Positions 1 to 9,372 are shown, counted from the stretch's first letter. The stretch: 64,000 bases of DNA from Bifidobacteriaceae bacterium (GCA_031272885.1 JAISSX010000018.1:47185-111184); one strand, 5' to 3'. Program-made: numbers and translations. The notes: generated from the sequence alone by a model not told the origin.

Positions 1-4
1 GGGC

Positions 5-3000
5 ATGGCCGTCATGGCAGCCGCCTTCCTGGCGGTTGACCTGGGGTTGTTGAAGGCGGAGCTGACCTCTGGCCATGCCCTGGTCTACGGCCTGATGTTC
101 GCGTTGACGCTTGTCTCAGCCGCCGGCCTGACGGCCGGCGGCCGGGCCGTGGGCCTGCGCACCTGGCTATCTTGTGGCCTGGTGGTGGCACCGCTGTCCG
201 CGCTGTGGCTGATCAGCGCCTTCCGTTCACAGCACGCCACGGTGCGGGTGACCATTGCCTGCCTCAGCCTGGTGGCAATTGCGGCCGCCGCCAGACATGT
301 CATCCGGCTGTGGCGTGGGCCAGCGGCGGCGGCCGAAGACCAGGCGTTGGCGGTATGGGCGGCCCTGGCGCTGTTGATTGGGTCGATGGTGGCCCTGAGC
401 GGCACCGTGGCCGCCCTGGGCGCAGAGAGCTTTGAGGCCGCCCAACTGGCCGGACCCCGTTGGCTGGCCCCGGTGGCGTTGGTGGTGGCGGCCGGCCTGG
501 CGCTGGTGGCCGGGGCGCGCTGGCTCCTGGCGTTTGGTGTGGCCGCGGGCGTGCTGCTGACGCTGGCCGCCTATGTCACCGGCGCGGCCGCCCTGGACGC
601 CAGCCCCTCCTGGCCGGGCCTGGCGGGCCTACTGGCCCTGGCCGTGTGGCTGGCGTTAGCCGGCCTCACTCGCTTCGGGGCCGGCCCCGGGGCGGCCCGC
701 CAGGGGCTGGCCATCGGTGGCCTGGCCGGGGCGTTGGTGCTGACCCTGCCGCTTGCGCTGTGGCGCGCCTTCGAGCTGCTGTTCGTGTTCGATGTCCTCG
801 ATACTTTGGATGGCCGCGATGGCTCGCTTAGCGCCTGGCGGGTCATCCTGGGCAACGAGCTGAGCGACTGGACCGCCGTTAACACGGTGGCGTTGATCCT
901 CCCTGCCCTGACCGTGGCCGCCTGCCTCCTACTGCCAGTCCAAGGACGGTTGCTTGCCTGGTTGCACCGTAAGGGCACGGTGGTGCTGCCGGCCGTCGGC
1001 CTGTTCTGCGTTGCCCTGCTGGTAACGATGCCGGGCTGGCCGGCGCTGGCGTCGATGGTGGCATTGGCTGTTGTGACTGCCCTGGCCCTGATGGCCGCCC
1101 GGGCCTTGCTGCGCCATCCGGCCGCCGCGGCGCCGGCCAAGCCGCGACCGGCGGCGGCTGGCCCGGGGCTGCCTGGCCCGCCGCCCGGCTGGCCGCCGGG
1201 CACCTGGCTGGTGGCGGCACCGCCGGTGGGAGTTATTTCGGCGGGTGCCACGGCGCCGTCGGGCAGTACACCGGCTGTAACCGCTCAGGTGGGCAGCGTC
1301 CCGGCGGGTGCCGCGGCGCCATCGGGCAGTACACCGGGCGTAGCCGCTCAGGTGGACAGCGTCCGGGCGGGTGCCGCGGCGCCATCGGGCAGCACACCGG
1401 AAGCTTGGTGGCCCCGGCCGTGGACGTGGGTGCTGCGGTGTTCGGCGCTGGGCTTGCTGCCGCTGTTGTGGCTGATCAGTTGGATGGCCCGGCCGTTGGT
1501 GCCGGTGGGGACCGTGTTGCTGGCCGGCCTGTTGTGGGCGGCCGCGCGCCTGTTCCCCCGCCCGGCCATGGTGGTGGCGGTCGCGGTCGGCTACCCGTTG
1601 GTATTGCAGGCTGCCGGCCTGGCAGCCGTGTGGTACGTGCCGGCGGACTGGTTCGCGGACCCGGAGGGCCTGGTGGCGTTGGGCGGGGTTGGTGCGCTGG
1701 CCTGTCTGGGGGCCGCGGTTCTGAGCCTGTCGCGCTGGCCGCACCGGTGGACCTGGTACCTGGTGTGTGGGCTGAGCCTGGCGCCGGCGGGGTTGGCCAC
1801 CCTGGTGCTGTTCCACAACCGCAACTGGTGGAGCACGGCCGCCGCTTTGGCCGTGACAGTCTTGATGGCCACGGTGGCCGCCACGCCGCGGCGGGCGCTG
1901 CCGGTGGCGCTCCGGGCGGCGGCGGCTGCCCTTGTGCTGCCGGCCGCCGCCATGGGTTTGGCCGGAGTGGGCTCACTGCTGCTGCCCGGTTCGGCTTCGC
2001 CCGTCCTGGTGCCGGTGATTGCGGGCGTGGCGGCCGCGGCGGGGATAGCGGCCACGGCGTTGCAGCCGCGCGCGGTGGCCGTGGCCGGGTTAATCAGTGC
2101 CACCGCGACGGCCTGGGCCAGCGTGGCGGTAGCCGTCGCCTGGCCCCAGACCGACAACGTCACCGTGCTGGTGACGTGCGCCCTTGTGGCGGCCGGTTCC
2201 GCGGCCGTGGGATGGCTACACCAGGCTGGCGCGGGCTGGGCATGGGCCTCGGCCGCGGCCGGTGCGTTGGGTGTGCTGTGGGCCGCCTTGGGGCTGGGGC
2301 AGGTCGACCTGGCCGAGGCCTTCACCGTGCCACCTGCCCTCGCTGCCGTCGCCACCGGCTGGTTCCTGTCGCGTCGGCAGCCGCTCTGGGAGGGCCTGAC
2401 CCTGGCCGGCCTGGGCTTGGGCCTGATCCCTTCCCTGGTCCTGGAGGTAGGCGGCCACGGCCTGGTGCCGCGGGCCTTGGGTCTGACCGTAGCCGCGGCT
2501 CTGCTGCTGGCGGTGGCGGGGTTGGTGCCGGCGGGATCAGGGCCGGTGGGCCGGGTGCCGGTGGGCCGGGTGCCGGTGGGCCCGGCGCCGGCGGGGTCTG
2601 GGCCGGCGGGCCCGGTGCCGGCGGGCCCGGCGCCGGCGGGGTCTGGGCCGGCGGTGCGCCGGCCGTTTGGCATTGGCGCCATCGTCGCCGCGGGCGGGCC
2701 GGCTTGGCTGGGAATTGAACTGGCCAACTGGAGTGGCGACGATTGGGCTCACGGTACCTTCCGGCACCTGCAGGCTTACCCCACCGCCCAGTTCGGCCTG
2801 ATTGTGGCCCTGCTGGCGGCGGCCGGCCTGGCCGTCGCATTGGGGTGCGCAGCCTTGGCACCTTTGACCGGCCGCTGGGGCGATTGGTACCTGGCACCGG
2901 GCCTGGCCGTGGCGGCCTTGGGACCGGTCATCGGCATGCGCTTCACTTGGTGGATCGTGGCCATCACTTGGCTGATCATGGCTGGGCTATTGGCGTTGGG

Positions 3001-3505
3001 CTATATCAGCGCACACCGGCAGGCCGCCGGGCGCGGCGGCCTGCCGCCGTACTGGTTCTGTTGGCCTCTGGCCCTGGCCGTCGGCATCGCCGGTTGGTCC
3101 ACCCGCGAACTGCGGGTGGAGTGCTGGGCCATTCCATTGGGTTTGGCCCTGTTTGCAGCCGGGCATTCGTTGCTGGGCAAGTATCCCGGGCGTCAGGTCT
3201 TCCTGGTGGGTCCTGGCATTGCCGCCACGCTGGGACCGTCCACCCTGGCTGTGGGTACGGACCCCATGACCTGGCGGGCCATCCTGGTGATCGGTCTGGC
3301 CATGGCTGCCATGCTTTACGGCGCCCGGCGCCAGTGGAAGCATGCCCTCGTCATTGCGGCCGCCGCCATGGCCTTGACCTTAATTCTGGTCTTCGTCCGC
3401 CGGTCCGAGATTTCCACCCTGCCCTGGCTGCTGACCCTAGCCTGCGCCGGCGGTATCCTCTTCTCCGTCGCCGTCTGGCTGGAACGCGCCAAGCACCACC
3501 CCTGA
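5..3505 (+). CDS. Very large polytopic integral membrane protein (1166 aa, function unknown); true 5' end could lie upstream of the window
   Basis: Longest ORF, with high GC3 in this frame. The translation is mostly Ala/Leu/Val/Gly/Trp-rich hydrophobic ~20-aa segments (more than 20 putative TM helices). Two Pro/Gly/Ser-rich repeat linkers interrupt them. Overlapping ORFs in other frames are Arg/Pro-rich shadows. Confidence 0.75.
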   Translation: MAVMAAAFLAVDLGLLKAELTSGHALVYGLMFALTLVSAAGLTAGGRAVGLRTWLSCGLVVAPLSALWLISAFRSQHATVRVTIACLSLVAIAAAARHVIRLWRGPAAAAEDQALAVWAALALLIGSMVALSGTVAALGAESFEAAQLAGPRWLAPVALVVAAGLALVAGARWLLAFGVAAGVLLTLAAYVTGAAALDASPSWPGLAGLLALAVWLALAGLTRFGAGPGAARQGLAIGGLAGALVLTLPLALWRAFELLFVFDVLDTLDGRDGSLSAWRVILGNELSDWTAVNTVALILPALTVAACLLLPVQGRLLAWLHRKGTVVLPAVGLFCVALLVTMPGWPALASMVALAVVTALALMAARALLRHPAAAAPAKPRPAAAGPGLPGPPPGWPPGTWLVAAPPVGVISAGATAPSGSTPAVTAQVGSVPAGAAAPSGSTPGVAAQVDSVRAGAAAPSGSTPEAWWPRPWTWVLRCSALGLLPLLWLISWMARPLVPVGTVLLAGLLWAAARLFPRPAMVVAVAVGYPLVLQAAGLAAVWYVPADWFADPEGLVALGGVGALACLGAAVLSLSRWPHRWTWYLVCGLSLAPAGLATLVLFHNRNWWSTAAALAVTVLMATVAATPRRALPVALRAAAAALVLPAAAMGLAGVGSLLLPGSASPVLVPVIAGVAAAAGIAATALQPRAVAVAGLISATATAWASVAVAVAWPQTDNVTVLVTCALVAAGSAAVGWLHQAGAGWAWASAAAGALGVLWAALGLGQVDLAEAFTVPPALAAVATGWFLSRRQPLWEGLTLAGLGLGLIPSLVLEVGGHGLVPRALGLTVAAALLLAVAGLVPAGSGPVGRVPVGRVPVGPAPAGSGPAGPVPAGPAPAGSGPAVRRPFGIGAIVAAGGPAWLGIELANWSGDDWAHGTFRHLQAYPTAQFGLIVALLAAAGLAVALGCAALAPLTGRWGDWYLAPGLAVAALGPVIGMRFTWWIVAITWLIMAGLLALGYISAHRQAAGRGGLPPYWFCWPLALAVGIAGWSTRELRVECWAIPLGLALFAAGHSLLGKYPGRQVFLVGPGIAATLGPSTLAVGTDPMTWRAILVIGLAMAAMLYGARRQWKHALVIAAAAMALTLILVFVRRSEISTLPWLLTLACAGGILFSVAVWLERAKHHP
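1241..1400 (+). repeat. In-frame 63-bp tandem repeat, 2.5 copies, inside the membrane protein gene
   Basis: The unit gcgggtgccgcggcgccatcgggcagtacaccgggcgtagccgctcaggtggacagcgtccgg is repeated at 1241, 1304 and 1367 (the last copy partial) with a few substitutions. It encodes AGA(A/T)APSGSTP(A/G)V(T/A)AQV(G/D)SV(P/R). Confidence 0.9.
2527..2652 (+). repeat. In-frame Pro/Gly/Val-rich short tandem repeats (15-bp and 45-bp periodicity) inside the membrane protein gene
   Basis: ggtgggccgggtgccggtgggccgggtgcc is followed by two copies of ggcccggcgccggcggggtctgggccggcgg. Together they encode GRVPVGRVPVGPAPAGSGPAGPVPAGPAPAGSGPA. Confidence 0.85.
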
Positions 3506-3506
3506 T

Positions 3507-3640
3507 CCCAACCCACCCCCTCGCGAGAGTACGGTTGTGTAGGCCGCACAAAGCCATGGAACACCCTGACCTGCATAAACGTATTTCGCTGTGGGCGTAA
3601 CCTCTACATAACCGTACTCTCGCGAGGAAGGGGGGCGGGG
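3507..3640. repeat. MITE-like intergenic element (copy A) with ~35-bp terminal inverted repeats
   Basis: The left end is cccaacccaccccctcgcgagagtacggttgtgtagg. The right end is cctctacataaccgtactctcgcgaggaaggggggcgggg, its near-perfect reverse complement. The element fills the gap between the convergent stop codons at 3505 and 3646. A related copy lies at 54946-55073. Confidence 0.8.
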
Positions 3641-3645
3641 CCAGG

Positions 3646-4803
3646 TTAGCCGGCCTGCATCAGGTCGATGAAGCGGTCGAACAGGTACTGCGCATCGTGT
3701 GGACCGGCTGCCGCCTCCGGGTGGTACTGCACCGAGAAGGCCGGAATGTCCAGGCACCGAATACCCTCCACCACGCCGTCGTTCAGGTCGATGTGCGACA
3801 CCTCGACCCGGCCGTAGCGGCCGTCGCCATAGGGTGCCACCACCGGTTCATCCGAGTCAGTGGGCATCGCCACCGCGAAACCGTGGTTGTGGGCCGTGAT
3901 CTCGACCTTGCCGGTGGCCTTGTCCAGCACCGGGTGGTTCACCCCGCGGTGCCCAAACACCAGCTTGTAGGTATCGAACCCCAACGCCCGGCCCAGCAAC
4001 TGCGAGCCGTAACAGATCCCGAAGAACGGGATCCCGGCATCGAGCACCGCCCGCAACACCTCCAGTTCGGAACCGGCCGCCGCCGGGTCGCCCGGGCCGT
4101 TGGAGAAGAACACGCCATCGGGCGCCAAAGCCTGAATCTGCGCAAACGTCACCGACCGCGGCACCACGTGGACCCGCACCCCGCGGGCCGCCAGCAGTTC
4201 GGGCGTCATGGCCTTTATCCCGAGGTCAACCGCCACCACCTCGGCAATGGTGTCGATCCCAGCGGGCGGCTCAACCACGTAAGGCATTTCTGTGGTGACC
4301 TCGCCGGCCAAGTCGCGGCCCGCCATCGGCGGCGAGGCCAACACCTGGTCCACCAGATCCTCCACCGGCACCGCCCGGCCGTGCGCGTCCACCACCGCCG
4401 GGCCGGAAAAGATGCCGGCCCGCATGGCGCCGCGTTCCCGCAGGTGCAGGGTGATGGCCCGGGTGTCCACGGCACAGATGCCCACAATGCCCTGACCAGC
4501 CAGTTCGTCATCCAAAGACCGCCTCGAACGCCAGTTCGAAGGCAACCGGGCCGGATCGCGCACCACGTACCCGGCCACCCAGATCTGACCCGATTCCGGG
4601 TCCTCGTCATTGACCCCCGTGTTGCCGATGTGCGGTGCCGTCATCACTACGATCTGCCCACGGTAGGACGGGTCGGTCAGCGTCTCCTGGTAGCCGGTCA
4701 TGCCGGTGTTGAAAACGATCTCGCCCAGGGTTCGCCCGCGCGCGCCGTAGGCCTGGCCGGGAAAAACCCGGCCGTCTTCCAAGACCAGCAGGGCCCGGCT
4801 CAT
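3646..4803 (-). CDS. carA: Carbamoyl-phosphate synthase small (glutamine amidotransferase) subunit
   Basis: The N-terminus ([16 protein letters not shown]...[36 protein letters not shown]) is typical of CarA. A class-I GATase motif [11 protein letters not shown] is present. The gene is the last in the pyrR-pyrB-pyrC-carA series, with a 4-bp overlap to pyrC. Confidence 0.95.
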   Translation of the reverse strand: MSRALLVLEDGRVFPGQAYGARGRTLGEIVFNTGMTGYQETLTDPSYRGQIVVMTAPHIGNTGVNDEDPESGQIWVAGYVVRDPARLPSNWRSRRSLDDELAGQGIVGICAVDTRAITLHLRERGAMRAGIFSGPAVVDAHGRAVPVEDLVDQVLASPPMAGRDLAGEVTTEMPYVVEPPAGIDTIAEVVAVDLGIKAMTPELLAARGVRVHVVPRSVTFAQIQALAPDGVFFSNGPGDPAAAGSELEVLRAVLDAGIPFFGICYGSQLLGRALGFDTYKLVFGHRGVNHPVLDKATGKVEITAHNHGFAVAMPTDSDEPVVAPYGDGRYGRVEVSHIDLNDGVVEGIRCLDIPAFSVQYHPEAAAGPHDAQYLFDRFIDLMQAG

Positions 4804-6095
4804 CCAACCACCTTTCCGTCCAGCACCGTCGGCTTGCCGTGCAGGAAGGTCGCCACCGTGCGCCCGTGCAGTTCGCGTCCGGCCACCGGGGTGTTGCCCG
4901 ATGCCGTCTCCATGTCTCCCGGTTCAACCGTCCAGCGGGCGGATGGGTCGAACAGGGTCAGGTTGGCCGGCTCGCCGGCTTCGATGGGCCGGCCTTGGTC
5001 CTCAACCCGGCCGATGGCCGACGGTGCCACCGACAGCACCCGCGCCACGTCCTCCCAGCCCAGCAGGCCGGTCTCGACCATCAACTCGTGCACAATCGGC
5101 AGAGCCGTCTCCAGGCCGGTCATGCCGAAGGCCGCCGCCGCCCACTCGCAGTCCTTGTCCTCCCGCGGGTGCGGTGCGTGATCGGTCGCCACAATGTCGA
5201 TGGTGCCATCCGCCAACGCCGCCCGCACGGCCGCGACATCGGCCGCCGAACGCAACGGCGGGTTGACCTTGTAAACCGGGTTGTACGTCCGGGCCGTCTC
5301 GTCTGTCAGCAGCAGGTGGTGCGGCGTTACCTCGGCCGTCACCCGGATGCCGCGGCCCTTGGCCCAGCGGATGATCTCCACCGAACCGGCCGTCGACACG
5401 TGGCAGACATGCAGCCGCGAGCCCACATGCTCGGCCAGCAGCACGTCCCGCGCCACGATCGACTCCTCGGCCACCGCCGGCCAACCCGCCAAGCCCACGT
5501 CGGCCGAAACCACGCCCTCGTGCATCTGGGCGTTCTCCGTCAGGCGCGGCTCCTGCGCGTGCTGCGCCACCACGCCATCGATCCCTTTGACGTATTCCAA
5601 CGCCCGGCGCATCAACACCGGGTCCGCCACACACTTGCCGTCATCGGAGAAGACACGCACCCGCGCCGCCGAGGCCGCCATCGCCGCCAACTCCGCCAGC
5701 TTTTCCCCCGCCAGGCCCACCGAGACGGCGCCCACCGGGTGTACATCGACGTAGCCGGCGTCCTTGCCCAGGCGCCATACCTGTTCCACCACGCCGGCCG
5801 TGTCCGCCACCGGGAAGGTGTTGGCCATGGCGTGCACCGCGGTGAAACCGCCAGCCGCCGCCGCCCGCGAGCCCGTGCGCACCGTCTCCGCGTCCTCGCG
5901 GCCGGGTTCACGCAGGTGGGTGTGCAGATCAACCAGCCCGGGCAGCACTACCAGCCCCCCGGCATCGAGCACCTTGACGCCGGCCTCGGGAGTCAGCTTG
6001 GCGGCCACCTGCACGATGGCGCCCCCTTCGAGCAGCAGGTCACGCACCTGGCCGCCGGGCAGTTGGGCCCCCTTAATCAGGTAGTTCTTCATCAC
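4800..6095 (-). CDS. pyrC: Dihydroorotase
   Basis: Metal-binding motif [18 protein letters not shown], plus the DHAPH motif ([12 protein letters not shown]). Start and stop overlap pyrB and carA (ATGA). Confidence 0.95.
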   Translation of the reverse strand: MMKNYLIKGAQLPGGQVRDLLLEGGAIVQVAAKLTPEAGVKVLDAGGLVVLPGLVDLHTHLREPGREDAETVRTGSRAAAAGGFTAVHAMANTFPVADTAGVVEQVWRLGKDAGYVDVHPVGAVSVGLAGEKLAELAAMAASAARVRVFSDDGKCVADPVLMRRALEYVKGIDGVVAQHAQEPRLTENAQMHEGVVSADVGLAGWPAVAEESIVARDVLLAEHVGSRLHVCHVSTAGSVEIIRWAKGRGIRVTAEVTPHHLLLTDETARTYNPVYKVNPPLRSAADVAAVRAALADGTIDIVATDHAPHPREDKDCEWAAAAFGMTGLETALPIVHELMVETGLLGWEDVARVLSVAPSAIGRVEDQGRPIEAGEPANLTLFDPSARWTVEPGDMETASGNTPVAGRELHGRTVATFLHGKPTVLDGKVVG

Positions 6096-7057
6096 GCCTC
6101 CCCTCCCTCGGCGCCGGTCATGGTCAGGTAGAGCACCGCCATGCGCACCGCCACGCCGTTGGCCACCTGTTCCACAATGACGGACCGCAGCCCGTCCGCT
6201 GCACCTGACGTAATCTCCAGGCCGCGGTTCATGGGCCCGGGGTGCATCACGATGGTGCGCTTCGGTAGGGCCGCCAGGCGGGGTTCGTCGAGGCCGTACT
6301 CGCGGGTGTATTCCTGCGGTGACGGGAAGAAGCCACCGCCGCCGGCGCTCATCCGTTCCTTCTGCACCCGCAGCATCATCAGTGCGTCCGGTTTGACCTC
6401 AGCCAGGGCCTGGTCCAGGTTGTAGGAAACGTCGCAGTTCCAGGTTTCGACCCCCACCGGCAGCAGCGTGGCCGGTGCCACCAGGGTGACCTTGGCGCCC
6501 AGGGTGGTGAACAGGTCCACGCCTGACCGGGCCACGCGGGAATGCAGCACGTCGCCCACAATCACCACGTTGACGCCATCGAGCCCTTGCCCCAGCGGGT
6601 TTGGCCCCATCAGGTGGCGGCGCATCGTCATGGCGTCCAACAGCGACTGGGTGGGGTGCTGGTGGGTGCCGTCACCGGCGTTGATGACGCTGGCGTCCGT
6701 CCAGCCGGAATGCGCAATGGTGTAAGGCGCGCCCGAGGCGTAGTGCCGCACCACGATCGCGTCCGTGTGCATGGCCCCCAGGGTCAGCACGGTGTCCTTG
6801 AGCGATTCGCCCTTCGACACTGACGAACCTTTGGGCGAGAAGTTGATCACGTCCGCGCTGAGGCGCTTGGCGGCCGTTTCGAACGAGATCCTGGTCCTGG
6901 TCGAATCCTCGAAGAACAGGTTAACCACGATCAGGCCGCGCAGGGTGGGCAGCTTCTTGACCTGGCGAGCCTGCGTGGCGGCCATCTGTTCGGCCATGTC
7001 CAGGATCAAGACGGCCTGTTCGCGGCTCAGATCCTTGGCGCTGAGCAGGTGTTTCAT
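6092..7057 (-). CDS. pyrB: Aspartate carbamoyltransferase catalytic subunit
   Basis: [23 protein letters not shown] (STRTR carbamoyl-phosphate motif), HPTQSLLD and HPGPMNRG motifs. Confidence 0.95.
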   Translation of the reverse strand: MKHLLSAKDLSREQAVLILDMAEQMAATQARQVKKLPTLRGLIVVNLFFEDSTRTRISFETAAKRLSADVINFSPKGSSVSKGESLKDTVLTLGAMHTDAIVVRHYASGAPYTIAHSGWTDASVINAGDGTHQHPTQSLLDAMTMRRHLMGPNPLGQGLDGVNVVIVGDVLHSRVARSGVDLFTTLGAKVTLVAPATLLPVGVETWNCDVSYNLDQALAEVKPDALMMLRVQKERMSAGGGGFFPSPQEYTREYGLDEPRLAALPKRTIVMHPGPMNRGLEITSGAADGLRSVIVEQVANGVAVRMAVLYLTMTGAEGGEA

Positions 7058-7617
7058 CGCTGTTCCTCCGCCCTTGTGATGATCACCGCATCCGTGCCGT
7101 CGGTCTCTTTGAGCCGCACGGTGACCCGTTCGTCCGCCGCCGTGGGCAGGTTCTTGCCCACGTAGTCCGCCCTGATTGGGAGTTCGCGGTGGCCGCGGTC
7201 AACCAGCACCGCCAGCCGCACCGCCTTCGGCCGGCCCAGGTCGGCGATGGCGTCCAGGGCCGCCCGGATGGTCCGCCCCGAGTACAGCACGTCATCGACC
7301 AACACCACCGTGGCGCCGTCGATGCCGCCGTCCGGCAGCCGGGTCAGGCCGATCACCCTGGTGGGCCGCCGGTGCAGGTCATCCCGGTAGATGGTGACGT
7401 CCAGTTCGCCGGTGGCGCCCGAGGCATCCCAACCGGGTTCGATGCCGGCGATGATGCCGGCCAGGCGGGCCGCCAGCGGCACGCCCCTGGTGGGGATGCC
7501 GAGCAGCACCAGGCCTTCGGCGCCGTGGTTCTTCTCCAGAATCTCGTGGGCGATGCGCTGCAGTGCGCGAGATATATCGCCGCTGGTCAGCACTTCTGTG
7601 CCGACAGTGTCCGCCAT
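7054..7617 (-). CDS. pyrR: Bifunctional pyrimidine operon regulator / uracil phosphoribosyltransferase PyrR
   Basis: PRTase PRPP-binding motif [21 protein letters not shown], about 187 aa, first gene of the pyr operon. Confidence 0.95.
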   Translation of the reverse strand: MADTVGTEVLTSGDISRALQRIAHEILEKNHGAEGLVLLGIPTRGVPLAARLAGIIAGIEPGWDASGATGELDVTIYRDDLHRRPTRVIGLTRLPDGGIDGATVVLVDDVLYSGRTIRAALDAIADLGRPKAVRLAVLVDRGHRELPIRADYVGKNLPTAADERVTVRLKETDGTDAVIITRAEEQR

Positions 7618-7625
7618 GGGACTCG

Positions 7626-7653
7626 CCTCCTTTCCCGCCTCACCGGACGGGCC
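7626..7653 (-). promoter_or_regulatory. Candidate PyrR-binding RNA hairpin adjoining the pyrR Shine-Dalgarno sequence
   Basis: The mRNA sense reads ggcccGUCCGGUGAGGCgggAAAGGAGGcgagucc-AUG. GUCCGGUGAGGC resembles the PyrR binding-loop core (GUCCAGAGAGGC in Bacillus). The hairpin CCCGUC/GAGGCGGG sits directly next to the AAAGGAGG ribosome-binding site. Confidence 0.55.
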
Positions 7654-7680
7654 TTAAAGGATGGATGGTGTTGTCGCGTG

Positions 7681-9372
7681 TCAGCCTACTACCAGGGTGG
7701 CGTACAAGGCGGCGCCGCGCAGGGCCGGCCAGGTGCCGGCCTGGGCCAGGCTGAGAGGCGTCTGCTCGATGACGGGCATCAGGTTGTCCAGGTAGGCGCC
7801 CCGTAGGGCTGCTTCCCACAGTGGGCCGGCTCCCGTGAGGGAGCCGGCCACGATCACTAGCGCCGGGTCCAACACGTTCGCCAGGCCGCCAACAGCGGCG
7901 CCCAGGGCTGCCCCCGCGGTTTCGACTGCCTGACGGGCAAGGCTGTCCGAACCGGCCAGTTCGCAAACCTCTTTGGCGCTGGGCACGGCCCGGTCGCCGC
8001 CCAGTCTGCGATAGTTGGCCAACAGGCCCCATCCTGAAGCGACGGCCTCAACGTGGCCGGTGCGTCCGCAAAGGCAAGGCAGCCCTTCGGCCTGCGGCAC
8101 CGCCACGTGACCCAAATGCCCGCCTGCCCAGTGGCTGCCGGTCAGCGGGCGTCCGTGCCGCACATACGATCCGCCAACGCCGCTGCCCACCGCCACCACC
8201 AGCACCGAATCCAGCCCGTGCCCGGCACCGAACGCAGCCTCGCCCACTGCGAAGGCGTGGCCGTCTCCCAGCACCCGCACCGGACAGCCCAACGCCTGCG
8301 CCAACTCGGGCCCCAGCGCCGTCCCGGCCCAACCGGCAATGTGATCGGTCGCGCCCACCACGGCGCCCGTATCGGAATCAATCACACCGGCGGACGACAC
8401 CCCAACCAACCCCGCACCATCGGCCACCAGCGGCCGCAGCAGCTCGACCGTGCGCTGGATAACGCCCGCTGCACCGGCCGCCGCAGGCGTAGGTGCCGTG
8501 ACCGGCTCGGTCAGCAGGGCGCCATCGGGCGTTACCAGCGCCACCGCAATCTTGGTGCCACCGATGTCGGCCGCCGCCACCGGTGCCAGCGCGCTCGCCA
8601 CGGCCGTCACACCGGCCGCCGCAGGCGTAGGTGCCGTGACCGGCTCGGTCAGCCGGGCGCCATCGGGCACCACGCCCTCCAGCGACCGGCCTTCCGCTGG
8701 AGCCAACGCGGCGGCAAAACGCCTGGTCAGCCGCAACGGATGGGTGATGGCGCTGCCCACACAGACAGCGTGAGCACCGCGCCGCAGGGCTTTGGCGGCC
8801 TGGTCCGGCTCCCAGACTCGGCCCTCCAGGATGACCGGGAGGCGGCAGGCCGCCACCATCTGGTCCAACAATTCGAAGTCCGGGCCCGGGCCGGCGGGGC
8901 GGTCCAGGGTGTAGCCGGCGAGGGTGGTGCCCAGCACATCGACGCCGGCGGCCTGGGCGGCCAAGGCGTCGTCGAGCGAACCGCAATCCGCCATCAACGC
9001 GACTCCGGGCGCGGCCGCCCGGAAGCGCCGCACCACTTCGGCCAGGGCGAGGCCGTCCGGCCGCGGCCGGCGTGTACCGTCAACCGCGACGATGGCGGCC
9101 CCGGCCTGGGCCGTGCGCAGCGCCAGGTCCAGGGTGGGGGTGATGTAGACGCCATCGGCGCCCTCCTTGACCAGGCCGATCACGGGGACGCCAACCGAGG
9201 CAGCGATCAGGGCGACGTCCGTCAAACCCTGGGCCCGGATGGCGACGGCTCCCCCGGCCTCGGCCTCAAGAGCGACCAGCCGCATCGTTTCGGGGGTGTT
9301 CATCGGTTCGCCGGGATAGGCCTGGCAGGACACGATCAACCCGCCACGCAGGGCCTCGATCAGGGAATTCAC
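7681..9372 (-). CDS. Fusion protein: N-acetylmannosamine-6-phosphate 2-epimerase (NanE) N-terminal domain plus ROK-family sugar kinase (NanK-like) C-terminal domain
   Basis: The N-terminal ~225 aa align by eye to NanE (GGLIVSCQA...AVAIR...VPVIGLVK...VDGTRRPRP...GTTLAGYT...EGR...GSAITHP). The C-terminal half carries DIGGTKIAVALV and the ROK zinc motif CLCGRTGHVEAVASG. Confidence 0.85.
   Translation of the reverse strand: MNSLIEALRGGLIVSCQAYPGEPMNTPETMRLVALEAEAGGAVAIRAQGLTDVALIAASVGVPVIGLVKEGADGVYITPTLDLALRTAQAGAAIVAVDGTRRPRPDGLALAEVVRRFRAAAPGVALMADCGSLDDALAAQAAGVDVLGTTLAGYTLDRPAGPGPDFELLDQMVAACRLPVILEGRVWEPDQAAKALRRGAHAVCVGSAITHPLRLTRRFAAALAPAEGRSLEGVVPDGARLTEPVTAPTPAAAGVTAVASALAPVAAADIGGTKIAVALVTPDGALLTEPVTAPTPAAAGAAGVIQRTVELLRPLVADGAGLVGVSSAGVIDSDTGAVVGATDHIAGWAGTALGPELAQALGCPVRVLGDGHAFAVGEAAFGAGHGLDSVLVVAVGSGVGGSYVRHGRPLTGSHWAGGHLGHVAVPQAEGLPCLCGRTGHVEAVASGWGLLANYRRLGGDRAVPSAKEVCELAGSDSLARQAVETAGAALGAAVGGLANVLDPALVIVAGSLTGAGPLWEAALRGAYLDNLMPVIEQTPLSLAQAGTWPALRGAALYATLVVG
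8472..8668 (-). repeat. Pair of 59-bp direct repeats (8472-8530 and 8610-8668, 1 mismatch), offset 138 bp, in frame at the NanE/ROK junction
   Basis: caccggccgccgcaggcgtaggtgccgtgaccggctcggtcagc(a/c)gggcgccatcgggc occurs twice. Both copies encode PDGA(L/R)LTEPVTAPTPAAAG. Confidence 0.9.

Noticed and set aside
1-3505. carB hidden on the minus strand downstream of carA
   Set aside because: Minus-strand ORFs in 85-3757 are short (at most 378 aa) and Arg/Pro/Gly-rich. None contains ATP-grasp or CPSase motifs. The plus-strand membrane-protein frame has the coding GC3 signal.
3437-3757. 106-aa minus-strand ORF and 285-aa plus-strand ORF spanning the carA-downstream element (shared 'SREYGYV' peptide with an ORF at 54768-55079)
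   Set aside because: The shared peptide is simply the translation of the repeated inverted-repeat termini. The ORFs cross real gene ends and the interiors of the two copies are not conserved at the protein level.
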